Shown: piece by piece, positions 1 through 5,605 of the stretch
Numbering within the stretch: position 1 is the stretch's first letter
Layout of the letters: each line of letters starts with the position of its first letter
DNA from: PVC group bacterium
GTDB taxonomy: Bacteria > GCA-001730085 > JADFSZ01
Direction: 5' to 3'
DNA length: 7,713 nucleotides
NCBI GenBank assembly: GCA_022560555.1
Contig: JADFSZ010000083.1
Span: forward strand, 1 to 7,713
Notes under the pieces: model-generated
Told to the model about the DNA's origin: nothing
Databases searched by the model: none
Seen by the model: only the letters and a program-made list of their open reading frames with translations
Translations under genes and position numbers: made by a program

Positions 1-1674
1 CTTCACAACACTGTTCCTCAAGAGTATGTTCTTCTCTTAACAAAACCAAGCGGAGAAGAAGAAACCATAACACCGGGATTGATTGAGGATGGTCCTTCAA
101 ATGCTCTGGACATTAATGAATTGATAACAGAGGCGGATCCTTTTGTTCCTTATCAAATACAAGCGAAGAGTAAGGCAAGAGCTTACCGTGACAGTGAGTA
201 TGGTGCCGTAAGAGAATTTATTGTAAGCAGTGTTGATGGGTCTGTTTTACCTGCTATTAGCAGTTATGATGTTTTTAATCCGACCGGGGATGGGACAGAT
301 TTAGGCCGTGACGGTATTATCCTTCTTGAAAATATTGTCTTATCGGGCGGGAGCATTGAGCCGGACGGCTTTTTTGTCCAAACCAGCACAACATCAGACT
401 TTTCTGAGGATACGGTTGGTTATTTTGCTCCTTTTAGAAATGAGCAAGATAATATCACGAATCTTATAGTGATTGACACGAGTGCCATGAATGAATTTAC
501 GGGTGAAGATTTATTGGAGCCCGGAGAGGCGGCCGAAATATTTATAAAAATAAGGACAGTGCGAATAGGAAGTGTCAGTGGAGATGAAAGCACGAAATCT
601 TCCGTTTTTGCAAATAATATTGTGATGTTGCCGGCATCTCATCCACCGGATGATTTCTTTTTAACACAAGTTGGAAATCAGCCTGACGTTTCAGTCAATA
701 TTATCAATGTCACAGGTCTTCACAATGCAGAGGCTCTTGAATATGCGATTGAATTAAGAAAGCCTTCAGGGGAAGTGGAAGTATTTGCTGTGAATAACAC
801 GGCGGCTGATCCGGATATTATTTCTCTATTAGGGTTAATCAGCGAGGCCGATAGTGTGATGCCCTATATGGTGAGCATGAAGAGTCGTACGAGGGGGTAC
901 CGTGATAGTGAAGTAAGCGAGAACCTTGAGTTTTTTGTAGATACTCTTTCGAGCACGTTGCCTGAGATTGCGGGCTTTGATGTTGTGAATCCTATTGGGT
1001 TCATTGATATGGATTTAGAAGAGTATGGTGACGGGATTATTCTTATTGAAAATATTACTCTCGAGCCAGGAGATACGCCCGATCTTCTCGTGGCCCTCGT
1101 GAGTACAGATTCCTCATTCAGTGGAGATGTGAACAGCTATTTTGTCACTTTGGATGATCATCAGAGCGGAGGAATCCCCATTGTCATTGATATTGATGCG
1201 GAAAACATTTTTACGGGCACGAAACTTATCGATGAAGGGGAGAAAGGGATTGGGTATATTAAAATTCGAACTGAGAGATCAGGCTTTTTGCCGGGACGAT
1301 GGAGTGATGATGCGAATAATGCGAGTCCCATTGCCTTGGTTGAAGAAAATGTGTTTAATGTTAACATGCTTTTGCCTCCCGATATTTCTTTGATTGAAAA
1401 CTTTTCTGTGCCTATCCCTTCGCTTGAAGTTACATTGATAGATCCGCCAAATCCGGAGTTTACGATTGTTCCCGAAGACTATATCGTAGAGTTTATCAGG
1501 CCGAGTGGATCTACTGATATCTTTCCCACAACATTTTCTAGCTTTGAAAGAAATGACTCGAATACTCTTACGGAGATAAGTCCGGATCCTTACACAATCA
1601 ATATAAAAAGCCTGGCAAGGGGATTTCGCGACAGCAATTTTGGTACCGGAGAAACATTCATATTCAATCCCTAA
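1..1674 (+). CDS. C-terminal portion of a large repeat protein, probably secreted or surface-located. The 5' end lies outside the window. Architecture is (a-b)(a-b)(a), built from a ~75-aa 'a' subdomain and a ~165-aa 'b' subdomain.
   Basis: Frame 1 is open from nt 1 (LHNTVPQEYVLLLTKPSGEEETITPGLIEDG...) to the TAA at 1672-1674. The translation of nt 4-78 aligns with the start of the next repeat unit (HNAEALEYAIELRKPSGEVEVFAV...), so the TTG at 79 used by the ORF track is not a real start. Internal repeats are conserved at protein level. No membrane helices are present, and the composition is acidic and Ser/Thr/Asn-rich. Confidence 0.8.
   Translation, partial: LHNTVPQEYVLLLTKPSGEEETITPGLIEDGPSNALDINELITEADPFVPYQIQAKSKARAYRDSEYGAVREFIVSSVDGSVLPAISSYDVFNPTGDGTDLGRDGIILLENIVLSGGSIEPDGFFVQTSTTSDFSEDTVGYFAPFRNEQDNITNLIVIDTSAMNEFTGEDLLEPGEAAEIFIKIRTVRIGSVSGDESTKSSVFANNIVMLPASHPPDDFFLTQVGNQPDVSVNIINVTGLHNAEALEYAIELRKPSGEVEVFAVNNTAADPDIISLLGLISEADSVMPYMVSMKSRTRGYRDSEVSENLEFFVDTLSSTLPEIAGFDVVNPIGFIDMDLEEYGDGIILIENITLEPGDTPDLLVALVSTDSSFSGDVNSYFVTLDDHQSGGIPIVIDIDAENIFTGTKLIDEGEKGIGYIKIRTERSGFLPGRWSDDANNASPIALVEENVFNVNMLLPPDISLIENFSVPIPSLEVTLIDPPNPEFTIVPEDYIVEFIRPSGSTDIFPTTFSSFERNDSNTLTEISPDPYTINIKSLARGFRDSNFGTGETFIFNP
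4..720 (+). repeat. Protein-level tandem repeat unit 1 (239 aa; subdomain a ~4-225, subdomain b ~226-720)
   Basis: HNTVPQEYVLLLTKPSGEEE...PYQIQAKSKARAYRDSEYGAVREFIV...GRDGIILLENIVL...IVIDTSAMNEFTGEDLLEPGE...IKIRTVRIG aligns motif by motif with unit 2. Roughly a third of positions are identical by eye. Confidence 0.8.
721..1446 (+). repeat. Protein-level tandem repeat unit 2 (242 aa; subdomain a 721-939, subdomain b 940-1446)
   Basis: HNAEALEYAIELRKPSGEVE...PYMVSMKSRTRGYRDSEVSENLEFFV...YGDGIILIENITL...IVIDIDAENIFTGTKLIDEGE...IKIRTERSG. The motifs occur in the same order and spacing as in unit 1, offset by 717 nt. Confidence 0.8.
1447..1671 (+). repeat. Terminal partial repeat unit 3 (subdomain a only, 75 aa) ending the protein
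   Basis: PNPEFTIVPEDYIVEFIRPSGSTD...PYTINIKSLARGFRDSNFGTGETFIF matches subdomain a of units 1 and 2 (EY..(4 residues)..KPSGE / PY.(4 residues)K(S).ARG(Y/F)RDS(6 residues)F). It is followed directly by the stop codon. Confidence 0.75.
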
Positions 1675-1685
1675 GAAGTACCGTA

Positions 1686-3461
1686 TTATTTTTGATCAGA
1701 TGAAATCTTTTCGATCTGGGTTGCTAAACCCGGTAAATTTGGATTGATCTGATAGGATTTTTTGAACCATTGCAATGCTTTTTTGTGATTCCCCGCTCGC
1801 TTTTCTATGACACCGTAATAGTAATACGGGTACGGGGACTTTGGGTCAAGGGCCTCAAAGCCTTGAAATACTTCGTAAGCAAGATCGATTTTTCCGCGCT
1901 TAATAAAAATATCTCCAAGCGCAACAGCTAATTTGTGATTTCCGGGACTTTGGAGAATTTGCTCAAGAATAATCTTTTCCGCCTCATCTAAATGCCCCGT
2001 TCTTGTGTATATATCGGCCAGCTGAATGGCCGCCCGGTCGTATTTTGGTTTTTTTTCCAGGGCTTTTCGAAAGAATATTTCCGCCTGAGGAAAATATGTG
2101 GTTTTAAGATAAATAAGCCCCATGTTAAAAAAATGATTGGACCGAATCACGGGTTCTTCCGGCATACGTGTGAAGAAACTGAGCAAGATTAAAATAGCGC
2201 CCAGGGTGCCAAGTTTGAGCCATTTACGATTTAAGCTATACGTGAGGATTCTCTCTAGCGTAAAACCGGCTGAAAGGCACAATAAACCCACCACCGGAAG
2301 CCGGAATCGGCCCAAAATGTAAAAGATAAAAATAGAAAAAAAGAGTCCAAGGAAAAAACATACAAACAAGCGATGATGAGGTGTTCTCTTAAATGAAAGA
2401 AAAAGTCCCGGAATGGCCAGTATCGCAATTACCCGAAAATCTACAAGAACCATTTTTAAAGCATTTGAAAAAGTTGCCATCAAATAAAAATTAACATTAT
2501 TTGGAATTTCGTATTCATTAAAAAAGCGATAGAGTTTTTGAGCTTGTAGAGCGATCCAATCAAGCGGATGCTGGTAGATGAGGATAAGCAAATGTTTGCC
2601 TAGTGCGATTGGATTGTCCCCGAATTGTTGAAGAAGCGCATGGGCTTGCCGGGAAATCTCCCATCCCCATCCGAGTGCGTCCGGTGTATTGCCGGAGATA
2701 AAAACAGTGGCGCCCTGAGCGCTGAAGGCGAGGGGAGAAAAGCCGAGACTGATATTTCTTGCTATAAAGGGAAGAATGGGAAGCAGAATTGAAGCCGAAA
2801 GGGCGAAAAGGGGGAAGAAGAACTTTGCGCTCTTTTCATTTTGAACATTTAAAAAATAAATCAAACTCCAAATAAGAAAAGGGACGAGAATCAGCGCGTT
2901 AGGACGTGTCATAATGTTGAGCCCGAGAACGATTCCGCTAAGGATCAAAAAAGGAACGCTTCTGGTTTCAAAATACCGGATTAAGAGATAAAATATGAGA
3001 ATGTTCCAAAAGCCAATGAGTGTTGCGCGAAGCAGAACACTTTCGAAATAGATAGCGTAATTGTACATTCCGTAGAGAAAAGCCGAAAGAAAACTAACGG
3101 AGGCCCGGAAAAACCTTAGCCCTATTAAATATATGAAGATACTCGTCATGATGCCTAGAAGTGTTTGTATAAGCCGCGCGGCACGAATGTCGGGTGAAAT
3201 GATTTTATAGACAGCCGCGAGGAAATAAGTGTAAAGAGGGGCTTGGTTGTAGGCGTGAGTCGCCATTTTCCAGTCGTTTGTTTTGACGATCGTTACGGCG
3301 TTCCGGTGAAATTTGATTTGGTCGTTTCCTTTAAGAAGAGTGTTGAACTCGATCGTATTAATCGTCTCAGTAAGAAAGAAAAATCGCGGCAAGAACGCAG
3401 CAATGAGTGTGAGGACAAAAAAGAAATGTTTATCGTGCCAATTCGGCAGGATGCGCTTCAT
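1686..3461 (-). CDS. Polytopic membrane glycosyltransferase of the GT-C fold (PMT_2/ArnT-like, GT39/GT83-type) with a C-terminal TPR domain
   Basis: 591-aa ORF starting at an ATG (rc of 3459-3461). The N-terminal ~430 aa form a series of hydrophobic helices (FFFVLTLIAAFLPRFFFL, LIQTLLGIMTSIFIYLIGLRFF, LIGFWNILIFYLLIRYF, VPFLILSGIVLGLNIM, ALILVPFLIWSLIYFL, FFPLFALSASILLPILPFIA, LFVCFFLGLFFSIFIFYILG, GTLGAILILLSFF). The first loop carries an acidic residue (GNDQIKFHRNA) and is followed by APLYTYFLAAV, the layout typical of PMT_2/ArnT-type enzymes. The C-terminus has TPR-like repeats. Confidence 0.75.
   Translation of the reverse strand: MKRILPNWHDKHFFFVLTLIAAFLPRFFFLTETINTIEFNTLLKGNDQIKFHRNAVTIVKTNDWKMATHAYNQAPLYTYFLAAVYKIISPDIRAARLIQTLLGIMTSIFIYLIGLRFFRASVSFLSAFLYGMYNYAIYFESVLLRATLIGFWNILIFYLLIRYFETRSVPFLILSGIVLGLNIMTRPNALILVPFLIWSLIYFLNVQNEKSAKFFFPLFALSASILLPILPFIARNISLGFSPLAFSAQGATVFISGNTPDALGWGWEISRQAHALLQQFGDNPIALGKHLLILIYQHPLDWIALQAQKLYRFFNEYEIPNNVNFYLMATFSNALKMVLVDFRVIAILAIPGLFLSFKRTPHHRLFVCFFLGLFFSIFIFYILGRFRLPVVGLLCLSAGFTLERILTYSLNRKWLKLGTLGAILILLSFFTRMPEEPVIRSNHFFNMGLIYLKTTYFPQAEIFFRKALEKKPKYDRAAIQLADIYTRTGHLDEAEKIILEQILQSPGNHKLAVALGDIFIKRGKIDLAYEVFQGFEALDPKSPYPYYYYGVIEKRAGNHKKALQWFKKSYQINPNLPGLATQIEKISSDQK
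1707..2129 (-). other. C-terminal TPR repeat domain (~4 TPR units) of the GT-C protein
   Basis: NMGLIYLKTTYFPQAEIFFRKALEKKPKYDRAAIQLADIYTRTGHLDEAEKIILEQILQSPGNHKLAVALGDIFIKRGKIDLAYEVFQGFEALDPKSPYPYYYYGVIEKRAGNHKKALQWFKKSYQINPN shows the 34-residue TPR periodicity (small/aromatic positions, A..(2 residues)F/Y..(2 residues)AL..(2 residues)P). Confidence 0.7.
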
Positions 3462-5475
3462 AATCTTCCGTTTTGATCGTGTGCCGCTGGGTAACGTATT
3501 TCAGAAGGATGTCTTCTTTAACATAGAGGCCAAGTCCCCGTCCGGAAATCATGTAGGCGCGACCAAAATATCCGAATTTGATTCGCGGGTGAACAATATC
3601 TTCTACGAGAAGAAGACGCTCGTAAGAACCCTCAACAAAATCGATATTATCGAACGATGTCGCGAAGATACGCCCTGCGGCAGAAAGAATGCCCGTTTCA
3701 CCTACTTGACATCCGATTTGACATCGGATCCCCTTTGAGTCAGCAAACTTTTTGATCTGAAGGGCATGGAGAAGGCCGCCGCATTTTGAGATGCGAATAT
3801 TGAACATATGGCAGCATTTTAACTGTAATAATTTGCGCGCTTCAGAAAGAGTTGTCAGTGATTCATCGACCATAATGGGGAGATGACTGTGTCTGGCGAT
3901 ATATGAGAAACCTTCGAGGTCCGTTTTGGAAAGCGGCTGTTCAAGTGCGCTGATATTTATTTTTGATGTGCTTTTGATCCAATTGTAAGCCTCGTTTCTA
4001 TTCCACGCGCAATTTGCGTCAACACGGATATTGACGCCCGGCCCGAGAATGTGGCGGATTATGGAAAGATTATTCGCATCATTTTCATATCCAACTTTGA
4101 CCTTGACCTGACGAAACCCAAACAAACGGATTTTCAATGCCGTTAAGATTACTTCAATTGTGTTCCCTGCGGAAATAACTCCGGAATAATACAGCTCGGA
4201 TATTTTGGGTTTTCCAAAGACGTCAGATATCGAACGGTTAAAGAAGATCCCGTATGCATCAAGTAGAGCGAGTTCGAGAGCCGCCCACGCGGCTCCGCGT
4301 GTCGTATCAGTTCGTTCATCCGACGGATTTATGTCTGAAATGCTTTTACAATATGCAATGACATCGGTGTAATTCTTAAAGCTTTTTCCGAGAACCCTGG
4401 GTATATAAATATTTTTGAGTTGAGCGACCGCGCTTTCTATGGTTTCGCCCGTGACGTAGGGACGGGGAAGCCCTTCTCCGTAACCAATAATTTCCCCTGA
4501 CAGAGTAATTCTCACGATGAGGCTGTTGGATTCTTCCCGGGATGCCAAAGCATGTGAGAATCGTTTTTTAAACGGAATATGTGTTTCAAAAATATCGACA
4601 GATTCCACATGCGTTGTAGGTACACATGTGCAATCAATAGGAAGGTCACGGGATACATTATGAATCCACGTTTGGATATCTTTTAAAATGGAAAACCTGT
4701 TTTTTCCAAATTCAAGACTATGTTGCTGATCGGGATAAATTTTTATGGATTTTTTGTAAGAGCCGAGTTGTTGATGAAATTTTAGTGTGCGCTTGTTATG
4801 TACAATCACGTCTTTTTCACCCAAGAGGGTGAGGATAGGAGTGCTGATCCGATGGGCCTTTCTGAGATAAACAAATTGCATTTTGAGCGATTCCCAAAAG
4901 AATTTGGCCGTGGCCGTTAAGAGCTTTTGAGGGTCTTCCTCAATATACTTTTGATAGGACTCTTCCTCTGTGAACATCTCGGATTCTAAAGGGATTCTAA
5001 TATGCTTTTTGGAATGAAAGATGAGGTAAAAAGGAAAAAGGATTTTGTCGAGCAACGGAATGGTTTTTTTTGTGACAACGCCGGGAGAGATAAGAACGAG
5101 AGCGTCCGCAAGTCTCGGATAATAAAGACTGAGAAGTAAGGCCGGTTTGGCGCCCCAGCAAAGGGCGAGGAGAAATACCCGTCTTCCGGGGTGACGATCT
5201 TTCGCAAAATTGATAACATTGACCAGGTCAATCACAAATTGCATAAAATACGAGATATCTCCGCGGCGTCCGTCGCTATGACCCGAACCGCGCCGATCAA
5301 AAGCGTAGAAATGAAAGCCGTATTTTTGAAAGAAAGCCCCTGATTCTTTGGCCCATTCGCTATGACTTTGGAGGCCATGGGAATAAATGATGATATCTCC
5401 GTCAGGATCTCCTTCCCAAAAGCGGGTAAAAAGCCTGATATTATCATAGGTTGTGATGTGTAGATGTTGTTCCAT
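3430..5475 (-). CDS. Bifunctional fusion protein: an N-terminal alpha/beta-hydrolase (lysophospholipase/monoacylglycerol-lipase/S33-like, Hydrolase_4 type) joined to a C-terminal enolase-superfamily enzyme of the muconate-lactonizing-enzyme (MLE) subgroup (dipeptide epimerase/OSBS/cycloisomerase-like)
   Basis: Uninterrupted 681-aa ORF starting at an ATG (rc of 5473-5475). The N-terminal half has the hydrolase motifs HG(L) oxyanion region (IIIYSHGLQSH), DRRGSGHSDG, the nucleophile elbow LLALCWGAKPA, the acid GEKDVIV and the His DQQHSLEF. The C-terminal half has a capping domain (GYGEGLPRPYVTGET), the KxK motif (QVKVKVG; K458/K460), metal ligands RVDAN (D486), LEQP (E512) and MVDES (D537), and the second catalytic Lys in RISKCGG (K564). 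Confidence 0.8.
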   Translation of the reverse strand: MEQHLHITTYDNIRLFTRFWEGDPDGDIIIYSHGLQSHSEWAKESGAFFQKYGFHFYAFDRRGSGHSDGRRGDISYFMQFVIDLVNVINFAKDRHPGRRVFLLALCWGAKPALLLSLYYPRLADALVLISPGVVTKKTIPLLDKILFPFYLIFHSKKHIRIPLESEMFTEEESYQKYIEEDPQKLLTATAKFFWESLKMQFVYLRKAHRISTPILTLLGEKDVIVHNKRTLKFHQQLGSYKKSIKIYPDQQHSLEFGKNRFSILKDIQTWIHNVSRDLPIDCTCVPTTHVESVDIFETHIPFKKRFSHALASREESNSLIVRITLSGEIIGYGEGLPRPYVTGETIESAVAQLKNIYIPRVLGKSFKNYTDVIAYCKSISDINPSDERTDTTRGAAWAALELALLDAYGIFFNRSISDVFGKPKISELYYSGVISAGNTIEVILTALKIRLFGFRQVKVKVGYENDANNLSIIRHILGPGVNIRVDANCAWNRNEAYNWIKSTSKINISALEQPLSKTDLEGFSYIARHSHLPIMVDESLTTLSEARKLLQLKCCHMFNIRISKCGGLLHALQIKKFADSKGIRCQIGCQVGETGILSAAGRIFATSFDNIDFVEGSYERLLLVEDIVHPRIKFGYFGRAYMISGRGLGLYVKEDILLKYVTQRHTIKTEDYEAHPAELAR
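3511..4614 (-). other. MR/MLE (enolase-superfamily, MLE subgroup) domain of the fusion (aa ~288-655)
   Basis: KxK, D, E, D and K catalytic/metal residues have spacings (26, 26, 25, 27 residues) like those of characterised MLE-subgroup enzymes. An N-terminal alpha+beta capping domain precedes the TIM-barrel-like part. Confidence 0.75.
4651..5475 (-). other. Alpha/beta-hydrolase domain of the fusion (aa ~1-275) with a predicted Cys106-Asp222-His252 triad
   Basis: The order and spacing of oxyanion HG, nucleophile elbow, lid region, acid and His match the canonical alpha/beta-hydrolase fold. The Cys106 codon is the rc of 5158-5160 (gca -> TGC). Confidence 0.7.
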
Positions 5476-5519
5476 GTGTTTTGATCAATGCGAGGATTTT
5501 GTCGGCCTGCGTTTATAAG

Positions 5520-5551
5520 TATTCGCGTAGTATATCAATAATGCGCGAATA
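5520..5551. promoter_or_regulatory. Perfect 8-bp inverted repeat TATTCGCG-N16-CGCGAATA (candidate operator)
   Basis: 5520-5527 tattcgcg and 5544-5551 cgcgaata are exact reverse complements. The element spans the -10 hexamer and spacer of the putative minus-strand promoter. Confidence 0.4.
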
Positions 5552-5556
5552 GTAAA
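5529..5556 (-). promoter_or_regulatory. Putative sigma70-type promoter of the hydrolase-MLE/GT-C operon
   Basis: The minus strand reads TTTACT (rc of 5551-5556), a 16-nt spacer, then TATACT (rc of 5529-5534). The predicted start near 5522 gives a ~47-nt leader before the ATG at 5475. Confidence 0.4.
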
Positions 5557-5605
5557 CCCTGAATCCCGCGGTACTTGGGGATGAAATGCTCCCTATTTCG
5601 TTTCA

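Noticed and set aside
79-81. TTG at 79 proposed by the ORF track as the start of the 531-aa ORF
   Set aside because: The frame is open back to nt 1, and nt 4-78 encode the beginning of a repeat unit homologous to 721-795. The gene therefore starts upstream of the window.
1142-1393. Nested small ORFs 1142..1393 (+) and 1161..1367 (-). The same class includes 1992..2192, 2137..2322, 4986..5231, 5232..5447, 5795..5983 and 5964..6191.
   Set aside because: All are embedded out of frame or antisense within longer ORFs that have clear family signatures. None has a recognisable motif or an expression signal.
1-1674. N-x-S/T sequons (NIT, NVT, NNT, NAS, NFS, NDS) in the repeat protein, considered as PglB-type N-glycosylation sites
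   Set aside because: None has the acidic residue at position -2 required by the bacterial D/E-x-N-x-S/T sequon. The neighbouring GT-C enzyme looks PMT/ArnT-like and not STT3/PglB-like.
1694-1765. Imperfect complementary segments (atcagat ... atctgat, and cagat-N12-atctg) near the convergent gene ends, considered as a possible bidirectional terminator
   Set aside because: The stems are only 5-7 bp, AT-rich and interrupted. They lie inside the GT-C coding sequence and lack a flanking U-tract.
2049-2056. Homopolymer T8 tracts (A8 on the coding strand) inside coding regions at 2049-2056 in the GT-C TPR region and at 5064-5071 in the hydrolase domain, considered as possible phase-variation slip sites
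   Set aside because: They encode ordinary Lys-Lys segments (EKKPK, TKKTI). Eight nucleotides is short for efficient slipped-strand switching, and such tracts are expected by chance in AT-rich coding DNA.
3243-3738. Plus-strand ORFs 3243..3476 (77 aa) and 3313..3738 (141 aa) spanning the junction of the two minus-strand genes
   Set aside because: They are antisense to two well-supported genes, highly basic and low in complexity, with no independent signals. They are most likely spurious.
5481-5488. 8-bp palindrome TTGATCAA (containing GATC) immediately upstream of the fusion gene start
   Set aside because: It is short enough to occur by chance, has no second copy or partner half-site, and cannot be distinguished from background without genome-wide motif counts.
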